From Clostridia bacterium (GTDB lineage: Bacteria > Bacillota > Clostridia > Christensenellales > Aristaeellaceae): a stretch of DNA of 64,000 nt. This document shows positions 56,807 to 64,000 of this stretch, one piece after another. The stretch spans positions 5,341 to 69,340 of the forward strand of contig JAFQOD010000073.1 of NCBI GenBank assembly GCA_017395685.1. The letters run 5' to 3'. Positions within the stretch are counted from its first letter, which is position 1. Every line of letters begins with the position of its first letter. A model generated the notes under the pieces. That model saw only the letters and a program-made list of their open reading frames with translations. It searched no databases and was not told where the DNA came from. A program made the position numbers and the translations under genes.

Positions 56807-58153
56807 TTATTCTTTCACAAACTGCAGCACATTTTCCACATGCCCGGTATGGCAGAACATATCCACGCTCTGGCATTTGGTCACATGGTAGCCGTGGGCA
56901 CACAGGTATTTGGCGTCCCGGGCCTGGGTGGCCACATCGCAGCTGACGTATACGATGCGTTTGGGGCCTGCCTGGGCGATGGCGGCAAGCACCTTTTCTT
57001 CGCAGCCCTTCCGGGGAGGATCCAGCACCACCACATCCGGCCGCAGCCCCTGCTGCACCATCTGGGGCAGCAGATCCTCCGCCGCAGCGGCATAAAAGCG
57101 GGCGTTTTCCACGCCGTTGACCCTGGCATTCTCCTCCGCATCCCGGATGGCCTCCGGCACGATTTCAATGCCGATTACCTGCTTTGCCTTCCGGGCCAGC
57201 AGCAGGGAAATGGTGCCTGCGCCGCAGTACAGATCGGCAACCAGCTCATCCCCGGTCAGCTCTGCAAAATCCAGGGCGGTCTGATACAGCGTTTCCGTCT
57301 GCACAGGATTCACCTGGAAGAAGGAAAGGGGGGAGAGGGCATAGCGGAAGCCGCAGAGGGTATCCTGCAGCCTTTCTTCGCCGAAAAGCAGCCGGTTTTC
57401 CAGGCCCAGGATCACATTATCCCCCCGCTTGTTCACATTCAGATACAGGGAAGAAAGCCCCGGCACCCCCGCCCGCAGCATGGCGGTTAATTCCCGCTCA
57501 TGGGGCAGGGTATTCTGGGTGGCCACCACCACCGCCATCACCTGGCCGGAGCGGGATACCCGGCTCATGATATGACGGATCAGGCCCTTCCGGCTCTGCT
57601 CCTCATAGGGGGCAATCTGGAATTTTTCCATCCACAGCCGGAAAACGGCCAGCACCTGATCGCTCTCTTCCCTTGCAATCAGGCATTTTTCTACATCAAT
57701 GATCCTGTGGCTGCGGGGGGCAAAAAAGCCGATCTGGGGCGTTCCCTTCACGCCGCCTACCGGCAGCGCCGTCTTATTGCGGTAATGCCAGGGATTTTCC
57801 ATGCCTTTGACGGGAGGCACATCAATGGAAAGGCCCCCCAGCCGGGTCAGTGCATCCTGCACCCGCGCCCGTTTCATTTCCAGGGAGAGGGGATAGGCCA
57901 TATGCTGGCATACGCAGCCCCCGCATTTTTCATAATAGGGGCAGGGGGGATGGATGCGCTGGGGATGGGCATCCACAACCTTCAGGGTCTTGAGAAAGGC
58001 ATGGGTCTTTTCCACCCGCTGGGCCCGGGCAATCACCTTTTCTCCGGGCAGCGCCCCCTGCACAAATAAGGTCATCCCCTCCAGATGGGCAATGCCCATT
58101 TCGCCGCCGAAGCGCTCGATGGTGAGGGTCAGTTCGTCATTTTTTTTCAACAT
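56807..58153 (-). CDS. rlmD: 23S rRNA (uracil-5-)-methyltransferase RlmD/RumA family (TRAM + SAM-MTase)
   Basis: TRAM domain N-terminus; 4Fe-4S Cys cluster CPYYEKCGGCVCQHM; SAM motif DLYCGAGTISL; catalytic Cys near the C-terminus (DMFCHTGHVE). Confidence 0.85.
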   Translation of the reverse strand: MLKKNDELTLTIERFGGEMGIAHLEGMTLFVQGALPGEKVIARAQRVEKTHAFLKTLKVVDAHPQRIHPPCPYYEKCGGCVCQHMAYPLSLEMKRARVQDALTRLGGLSIDVPPVKGMENPWHYRNKTALPVGGVKGTPQIGFFAPRSHRIIDVEKCLIAREESDQVLAVFRLWMEKFQIAPYEEQSRKGLIRHIMSRVSRSGQVMAVVVATQNTLPHERELTAMLRAGVPGLSSLYLNVNKRGDNVILGLENRLLFGEERLQDTLCGFRYALSPLSFFQVNPVQTETLYQTALDFAELTGDELVADLYCGAGTISLLLARKAKQVIGIEIVPEAIRDAEENARVNGVENARFYAAAAEDLLPQMVQQGLRPDVVVLDPPRKGCEEKVLAAIAQAGPKRIVYVSCDVATQARDAKYLCAHGYHVTKCQSVDMFCHTGHVENVLQFVKE

Positions 58154-58170
58154 ATTTTCTCCGTGGATAT

Positions 58171-59640
58171 TTATTTCCGGATGGTATATTGGATTTTATT
58201 CGCTACGCAATAGTCTTCCCCGGCGCTGCCCTCCTCCACGCTGACGGTGAGCAGATTGCATTCCGCAAAAATATTTTTGCCAAGGGTGGTAACGCCGGCG
58301 GGCAGATTGATCTTTTTCAGCTTGCTGCAGCCCCAGAAGGCCCCCTGATCCAGCTGCTTCAGCCCATCCGGCAGCGCAATTTCGGTAAGCGCCCCGGCGT
58401 CATGGAAGGCATACTGGCCGATGGCGGTGAGGGAGGCGGGCAGATTGATCTGTCTGAGGGCATAGCAGGATGCAAAGGCCCTTTCCTCAATGGCGGTAAG
58501 GCTCGTTGGCAGGGTGACCGTTTCCAGGGCGGTGCAGCCTCTGAACATATTTTTCCCAAGGATAGTAATGGATTCGGGGATCACAATTTCCTTCAGATTC
58601 CGGCAGTCGGTGAAGGCGGAATTGCCCAGGGATTGCAGCCCGGAGGGCAATTGAACGGATTCCAGCTCTTTGCACGAATCAAAGGCGCAGGAATCAATGG
58701 CGGCCAGGGAACCGGGAAGATGAATGGATTGAAGTGCGGTGCAGTTGTAAAAGGCATAGGTGCCGATGGCTTCAAGGCCCTCCGGCAGGATAACCTGCTG
58801 CAGCTTATTGGCGTCGGCAAAGGCCCACTCGCCGATGGAGCGCACCCCTTCGGGCGCCGTAAAGGAGGCGCCTTCCAGGCCGGAGGGATAGGAAATGAGG
58901 GAAGCGGTCTGCTTATTGTAGAGCACGCCGTCAATTACCTCAAATACCGGATGATTTTCATCCGCCTCAAGGGTCAGGCGATAGCATCGTGTGAAAGGAT
59001 TGGGCCCGATGGCGGTAATACTGCTGTGGATGGTAAGGCCTTTTAAATGGCTGCAGCTGCTGAAGGCGGAATCCTCGATGGTATGGATGGATTGGGGCAG
59101 GGCAATTTCCTCCAGGGAGGAGCAGCCGCTGAACATGGCGAAGGGGATTTTTTCCATGCTCTTGGGCAGGGTGACGGATTTCAGGCTGCTACAGCCCGAG
59201 AAAACGCTGGTGCCGATTTCAGTAACGCTGTCGGGGATTACGATGCTCGCCAGCGATTCGCAATCGGAAAAGGCGGCGCTTTCAATGGTGGTCAGCCCCT
59301 TGGGCAGGGTGACGGATTTCAGGTTCTTGCAGCCGTCAAAGGCGTTCCTGCCGATGGTGGTGACGGTATCGGGCAGGATCAGTTCCTTCACGGTGTAGGG
59401 ATGATAGAGGGCATGGGCGCGGAAGGCCTCGCTCCCGATGGCCACCACCTTTTTTCCGTAGAGCTTGGAGGGGATCCTCAGCGTTTCGGGCAGTGTATCC
59501 TTATAGCCTGTGACAGCCACGCCTCCAGGCACATTTTCTACCGTAAAGCTGTGGAAAAAATAATTGCCGGTGAGGATGTATACCCCCGCCATCATCAGCA
59601 GGGATGCGACGGCAAAGAAGAGGGTCAGCTTTTTTTTCAT
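58171..59640 (-). CDS. BspA-type leucine-rich-repeat surface protein with N-terminal membrane anchor
   Basis: About 18 tandem 23-aa repeats (L.SV.LP.SLT.IG..AF..C..L); N-terminal MKKKLTLFFAVASLLMMAGVYIL. Confidence 0.75.
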   Translation of the reverse strand: MKKKLTLFFAVASLLMMAGVYILTGNYFFHSFTVENVPGGVAVTGYKDTLPETLRIPSKLYGKKVVAIGSEAFRAHALYHPYTVKELILPDTVTTIGRNAFDGCKNLKSVTLPKGLTTIESAAFSDCESLASIVIPDSVTEIGTSVFSGCSSLKSVTLPKSMEKIPFAMFSGCSSLEEIALPQSIHTIEDSAFSSCSHLKGLTIHSSITAIGPNPFTRCYRLTLEADENHPVFEVIDGVLYNKQTASLISYPSGLEGASFTAPEGVRSIGEWAFADANKLQQVILPEGLEAIGTYAFYNCTALQSIHLPGSLAAIDSCAFDSCKELESVQLPSGLQSLGNSAFTDCRNLKEIVIPESITILGKNMFRGCTALETVTLPTSLTAIEERAFASCYALRQINLPASLTAIGQYAFHDAGALTEIALPDGLKQLDQGAFWGCSKLKKINLPAGVTTLGKNIFAECNLLTVSVEEGSAGEDYCVANKIQYTIRK

Positions 59641-59684
59641 GGTTTCTCTCCGTTCTTCAGGGGATGAATGGGCCGGGCAGGCCG

Positions 59685-60920
59685 TTACCTGCGGGTGATC
59701 CTTCTTGCCTCCATATAGTAGCGCTTTTCGTTGGCCTCGCCCATGGAGAAGGTTTTGCGGGGGAGGGGGCCGCCCTTTTCCACAGCGGGGAAGAGCAGCG
59801 CCTTATCCATGGCAGGCAGCAGAATGCCCACGGCGTTTTCCTCCTCTACGATATGGCGGACGGCGTCTTCGCCGTGCACATAATCCAGATTCAGGGAGGT
59901 ATCCCCATCCAATAATTTCTGCACCGTGCCCACCGGCAGGGTATGTTGCGGATTTGTGATCCGGTAGGGCAGATCGCCCCGGGCGCCCACGATCACCAGA
60001 TCGGGCTGCTCCATATCCAGGGTAAGGCCGGCATCCTGAAGCAGGGCCTTGATATGGCTTACTGTGGTATCGAAGATCACCCGGTGAATGGGCTCAAAAA
60101 TCAGGGCCTCATCATAAATGTTATTCAGCTCCACCATGGCGAACCGGGCAGGATGATCCGCCCATTCCGTCTGGGGCAGGCCGGCCTTCACTTCCATCCA
60201 GTGGGCCTTGGCGGTGGCCAGGGAATGATTGCCGTCCCCTACGGCAAAGAGGATGCCCCCTTGCGGGGTGCGTTCCTTCAAGGCCTCCATGGCGGCGGCG
60301 ATCCGGGCAAGCAGGCCTTCATCCTCCACTGCCCAGCCCCGGGCACGGCCCCCATCCAGCATCAGATCCACATCATAGAGGGGACGCAGCTGATGGCGGA
60401 TCTCATAGACGGGCTCAATGATGGAGCGGGCCTTGTCATCGCACAGCAGCAGCACATGGGAAAGCTCCAGGGCGGCGCCCCTTCGCACCTTCTGCCGGGG
60501 GGGAATGCGGGAAAGGATGGTGCCCTCTGTAGGCCGGACGGGGGAATGGGAATGGGGCGAAAAATCATAGGCCTCCAGATCCACCGTCAGCACCAGCCCC
60601 AGCCGGCTGCCGGACTGGGTGGTGCGCTCCAGCAGCACCATACCCCGGACGGTCTCCTCCAGCACCCCCTGATCCAGATAATTCTGCATGGCGGCCTGGG
60701 CCAGGGGCACCCTTTGATCGCTTTCATCCAGATATGCCTCCGGGATGATCAGGCGCAGGGCAGAGGGATGATCCCCCGCAAGTTGATCCGCCTTTTCCCA
60801 TTGATCCTTCTGGGCGGTATATTGATCACAGGCCACTACCGGCCAGATACTCATATTTTCATCCTTCCGGGGCAGATAAAAAACCCCCGGCTTTACACAT
60901 AAATGATCAAATGCATGCAT
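59685..60920 (-). CDS. DUF1015-family protein
   Basis: N-terminal VKPGVFYLPRKDE...VVACDQY resembles the DUF1015 N-terminal motif; 411 aa. A shorter alternative start at complement 60854 has a better RBS. Confidence 0.65.
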   Translation of the reverse strand: MHAFDHLCVKPGVFYLPRKDENMSIWPVVACDQYTAQKDQWEKADQLAGDHPSALRLIIPEAYLDESDQRVPLAQAAMQNYLDQGVLEETVRGMVLLERTTQSGSRLGLVLTVDLEAYDFSPHSHSPVRPTEGTILSRIPPRQKVRRGAALELSHVLLLCDDKARSIIEPVYEIRHQLRPLYDVDLMLDGGRARGWAVEDEGLLARIAAAMEALKERTPQGGILFAVGDGNHSLATAKAHWMEVKAGLPQTEWADHPARFAMVELNNIYDEALIFEPIHRVIFDTTVSHIKALLQDAGLTLDMEQPDLVIVGARGDLPYRITNPQHTLPVGTVQKLLDGDTSLNLDYVHGEDAVRHIVEEENAVGILLPAMDKALLFPAVEKGGPLPRKTFSMGEANEKRYYMEARRITRR

Positions 60921-61067
60921 AACGATCGCCTCCTTTTATATGATACCATTTTTGCCGCCTCATCCGCAAGGGATGCGCCGCCTTTATCCCGTTTTTTCTT
61001 GAGGAAATTGACTTTTTATGCTGCACATGATAGACTAAAAACGGAATTTGATCCGGGAGGACAGCCA

Positions 61068-62123
61068 ATGAAATATTTGCGTGCTTTATTGATCGGGCTG
61101 ATGCTGGTGATGATGGCATCATCCGCCCTGGCCGAAACCCAGGTGATCACCCTGACCTGCACCGGCGATTTTATGCCCGGCAGCAATGACCGGGTGAAGC
61201 ATGAGGAATTTGCTTTCCAGCGGTATATTGAAAAATACGGCTACAGCTATCCCTTTGAAAAGCTGCAGGGATTGTTTGCTGAGGATGATATCACGCTGGT
61301 CAATCTGGAATGCGTGCTCAATGATGACGCCGCTGATTCCACCAGCCGCCTGCGCTTCCGGGGGCCCACGGAATATGCCCAGATCCTGAAGGAATGCAGC
61401 ATCGAAGTGGCCAATCTGGCCAATAATCATTACAGCGATTACGGCAAGGATGCCCATCAATCCACCCTCCAGGCCCTGGAAGGCGTGGGGGTGAAATACT
61501 GTGGATCCACCGAATACGGGGATTGGGGCTGCTATGTGGAAGTGGATGGCATCCGGATCGGCTTTGCCGGGGTGCTGCCCCTGTATCATAAGGATCACGC
61601 CAAAAAGGTGGAACAGGTATTCAAGGATCTGAAGGCGGAGGGCTGCCAGGTGATCGTGGCCTCCCTCCACTGCGGGGCGGAATATAACGCCATCCACGGC
61701 AACATCCATGATTCCTATGCCAAGAAGCTGAAAAATTACGGCGCCAATCTGATCATCGGCAATCATCCCCATGTGCCCCAGGGGATCAATGTATTTGACG
61801 GCATCACCCAGATTTATTCCCTGGGCAATGCCTCCTTCGGGGGCAATACCGGCGTGGATGAAGAAGTGCGCTGCATCCAGGCCACCATCGCCCAGTTCCA
61901 ATTGCATTTTGAGGATGGGCAGTATACCGGCCATCAACTGACGATCTGGCCCATTCATATCAGCGGCACTTCCCCGGAAAATAATTATCAGCCCGTGCTG
62001 GTGGAAGGGGATCAGGCCCAGAAGGTGATGAAGATGGTGCAGAAGGATACCGCCTTCCGGCTGAAGCCCTATGTGGATGGCCAGGGCGCCGTGCAGGATT
62101 TTGTGCCCTGGAAGAAAAAATAA
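61068..62123 (+). CDS. CapA-family metallophosphatase-like protein (poly-gamma-glutamate synthesis CapA-like), secreted
   Basis: Start MKYLRALLIGLMLVMMASSALA (signal peptide) with RBS GGGAGG; CapA/PGA_cap motifs (GDFMPG, NLECVL, ANNHYSDYG, GNHPHVPQG). The track ORF's upstream extension is rejected. Confidence 0.8.
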   Translation: MKYLRALLIGLMLVMMASSALAETQVITLTCTGDFMPGSNDRVKHEEFAFQRYIEKYGYSYPFEKLQGLFAEDDITLVNLECVLNDDAADSTSRLRFRGPTEYAQILKECSIEVANLANNHYSDYGKDAHQSTLQALEGVGVKYCGSTEYGDWGCYVEVDGIRIGFAGVLPLYHKDHAKKVEQVFKDLKAEGCQVIVASLHCGAEYNAIHGNIHDSYAKKLKNYGANLIIGNHPHVPQGINVFDGITQIYSLGNASFGGNTGVDEEVRCIQATIAQFQLHFEDGQYTGHQLTIWPIHISGTSPENNYQPVLVEGDQAQKVMKMVQKDTAFRLKPYVDGQGAVQDFVPWKKK

Positions 62124-62135
62124 ATCTGCTGATGA

Positions 62136-62164
62136 AAATCGCCCTTTGATGGGCGGTTTTTTTA
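62136..62164 (+). terminator. rho-independent terminator after CapA-like gene
   Basis: AAAATCGCCCTTTGATGGGCGG followed by TTTTTTT. Confidence 0.65.
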
Positions 62165-62383
62165 TGTGTAAAGAATATGCATAGATGCTGAATGGAGGGC
62201 ATAGGCTGATCTTGTCCAATGCAGGAAGGAGGGGAGAAGAGAAAAAATCCAAAAATAAGACGAAAAACAAAAATATATTTCAAAATAGTTGTAAACATTA
62301 AAAAGAATGACTTGATTTTTTAATAATTTTGTAATAAAATAAGAACGTAAAAATACGTGAAAGTGCGGGTGATTTGAGTGAGC

Positions 62384-63631
62384 ATGAAACAGCGGGCCCT
62401 CGCCCTGATTGCAGCATTTGTTTTATTCCTTGGGGCGCTTCCCACTGCCCTGGCCGCCAGCTATACCGGCACGGTGAATGCCAAAGATGTATTTTTCCGG
62501 AAAAAGCCCAATACCAGCAGCATCTATTTTTATCGGCTGCAAAAAGGGGATCAGGTTACCGTCACCGGGACAAGCGGTGATTTCTATGCGGTAAAGCATA
62601 AGAATCAGACGGGTTATGTGATGAAGAAATTCGTCAATCTGTCCTCCTCTGCCGAAAAGGCGCTGGATGCATCCCAGAGTAAGAGCAAATATGCCTCTGT
62701 CACTTCTATTTCCAAGCTGGGCGACGCCCCCAAGTATACCCAGAAGGGTTCCTCCGGCGAGGATGTGGAAAAGCTGCAGCAGGCGCTGAAAATCAAAGGC
62801 TATTATAAGGGCGTGGTAGACGGCAAATACGGCAATAACACCGTTTCCGCCGTCAAGGCCTATCAGAAGGCCATGAAGCTGAGCCAGACCGGCAAGGCCG
62901 ATTATGATACCATCAAAAAGCTCTTCGGCAAGGTATCCTATACCACGGTTGCCAATGATCCCAAGATGAACGGGATCACAAAGATTTCCCAGATTGTGGT
63001 GCCCAATACCACCCGCAAGGGCAATTCCGGCAAGCATGTCATCGCCCTGCAGCAGGCGCTGAAGATCAAAGGCTTCTATACCCAGCCCATTGACGGCAAA
63101 TACGGAAATGATACCGTGGCTGCTGTGAAGGCCTTCCAGAAATCCAAGGGCCTTACCCAGGATGGCTCCGCCGGCAATGATACCATCAAGGCCCTCTTTG
63201 GCAAGAACGCCGCCAATTATACCTATAAGACCGAGCGGCTGGATTGGTTCAACGGCAAGCAGAATGTGATTCCCCGGGGCGCCACCTTCGAAGTGAAGGA
63301 TGTGGCCACCGGCAAGGTATTCAAGGTAAGGCGCTGGGCCGGGGCCAATCATATCGACGCCGAGCCCCTCACCGCATCCGATACCGCCATCATGAAATCC
63401 GTTTACGGCGGCAGCTGGAGCTGGGCCCGCCGGGCCGTGCTGGTGAAATACAACGGGCATGTGTATGCCGCTTCCATGAACGGCATGCCCCACGGAACCA
63501 CCACCATTTCCAATAACAATTTCAACGGCCATTTCTGCATCCATTTCTATAAGAGCCGCACCCACGAAACCAACAAAGTGGACGCTGCCCATCAGAATGC
63601 CGTGGCCCGTGCCATGAATGCCACCTGGTAA
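62384..63631 (+). CDS. secreted SH3 + two peptidoglycan-binding (PG_binding_1) domain protein with uncharacterized C-terminal domain
   Basis: Signal peptide MKQRALALIAAFVLFLGALPTALA; SH3-like segment (GDQVTVTG...FYAVK); two repeats GSSGEDVEKLQQALKIKGYY..DGKYGN.TV.AVKA.QK; novel C-terminus. Confidence 0.75.
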   Translation: MKQRALALIAAFVLFLGALPTALAASYTGTVNAKDVFFRKKPNTSSIYFYRLQKGDQVTVTGTSGDFYAVKHKNQTGYVMKKFVNLSSSAEKALDASQSKSKYASVTSISKLGDAPKYTQKGSSGEDVEKLQQALKIKGYYKGVVDGKYGNNTVSAVKAYQKAMKLSQTGKADYDTIKKLFGKVSYTTVANDPKMNGITKISQIVVPNTTRKGNSGKHVIALQQALKIKGFYTQPIDGKYGNDTVAAVKAFQKSKGLTQDGSAGNDTIKALFGKNAANYTYKTERLDWFNGKQNVIPRGATFEVKDVATGKVFKVRRWAGANHIDAEPLTASDTAIMKSVYGGSWSWARRAVLVKYNGHVYAASMNGMPHGTTTISNNNFNGHFCIHFYKSRTHETNKVDAAHQNAVARAMNATW

Positions 63632-63800
63632 GGCGGCCGTGCCGATGAAAATTCGGAATTTGGAATGCGGAATTCGGAATTGAAATTTGATGAATAGAAG
63701 CATCGATAATTTCAATTTTGAGTTTCCAATTCAGGATGCCGAATTCCTCCGCTTCAGCGGAGACTGATATTGACATTCTCTACCTTCCTTTCCTTTCTTC

Positions 63801-63836
63801 GGAGAGGGGCTTGCCCGGCCCCTCTCCACTTTTTAT
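63801..63836 (+). terminator. rho-independent terminator
   Basis: GGAGAGGGGCTTGCCCGGCCCCTCTCC followed by ACTTTTTAT. Confidence 0.6.
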
Positions 63837-63919
63837 GCAAAAAAAGCTCCCTTTCGGATTGAACTGCCCCAGAATATACGGACTGCACAAAAAAGCCCCT
63901 GAGTAGGAGAAGTGCTTAC

Positions 63920-63958
63920 CTGGCGTGCCGAAGCGAGAGAGGAGGCACGCCAGTTTTT
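63920..63958 (+). terminator. rho-independent terminator-like hairpin
   Basis: CTGGCGTGCC-GAAGCGAGAGAGGAGG-CACGCCAG followed by TTTTT. Confidence 0.5.
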
Positions 63959-64000
63959 AGCTGGATGCGCTCATGATTGTAAAAATGGATGTATCTATCA

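Noticed and set aside
60903-61067. Upstream extension of the CapA-like ORF, overlapping the DUF1015 gene 5' end
   Set aside because: The extension has no RBS or signal peptide. The ATG at 61068 follows GGGAGG and begins a typical signal peptide.
63718-63906. 62-aa ORF downstream of the PG-binding protein gene
   Set aside because: It lies across terminator hairpins and the palindromic repeat region, has no RBS, and has atypical composition.

Overview
This is a gene-dense 64-kb chromosomal window from a GC-rich Firmicutes/Clostridia-like genome, judged from the serS T-box leader, the rimP-nusA-ylxR-L7Ae-infB-rbfA operon and LplABC-type sugar ABC transporters. I call about 55 protein genes and one tRNA-Ser(CGA). 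I found no transposase, integrase, CRISPR array or rRNA.

Contents, left to right:
- 1-8.4 kb: a partial GH29 alpha-L-fucosidase, two tandem zinc-ribbon/DUF4190 membrane paralogs, a secreted hypothetical protein, recG, a GH13 amylase-family enzyme and an MBL hydrolase.
- 8.5-8.9 kb: tRNA-Ser with a textbook sigma70 promoter. Its 3' end plus terminator is duplicated as an 83-bp direct repeat.
- 8.9-14.0 kb: a minus-strand catabolic operon (FGGY pentulose kinase, Rpe-family epimerase, GH2, SGNH hydrolase), divergent from an EamA transporter.
- 15.0-16.6 kb: serS with a serine T-box leader (UCC specifier) and a consensus promoter.
- 17.9-28.3 kb: a translation-related block (rpiB, ybaK, rimP, nusA, ylxR, L7Ae, infB with expanded N-terminal repeats, rbfA, nrnA, truB, then a two-gene ABC transporter).
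- 29.0-47.8 kb: a LacI-regulated sugar ABC transporter followed by a ~14-kb operon. It encodes a HAD phosphatase, three ADP-ribosylglycohydrolase-family proteins (two large tandem paralogs with an uncharacterized C-terminal domain), a PhnP-like MBL phosphodiesterase, a DUF1446(AtuA)/DUF4387 pair, a secreted esterase, ribokinase, an FGE-family protein, an unknown TIM-barrel-like protein and a sugar-phosphate isomerase. I interpret this as a candidate ribose-conjugate scavenging pathway.
- 48.0-56.4 kb: a multi-zinc-ribbon SPFH protein, a small membrane protein, and two tandem paralogs built as zinc-ribbon, TIR domain, coiled coil, RCC1 beta-propeller. The two share ~93% nucleotide identity over their N-terminal ~1 kb and diverge after that. 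I flag this block as the most likely undescribed system in the window: a candidate TIR signalling or defence module.
- 56.4-64 kb: rlmD, a BspA-like LRR surface protein, a DUF1015 protein, a CapA-family protein and an SH3/peptidoglycan-binding protein.

Many long opposite-strand ORFs in the track are GC-driven shadows of real genes and are rejected.
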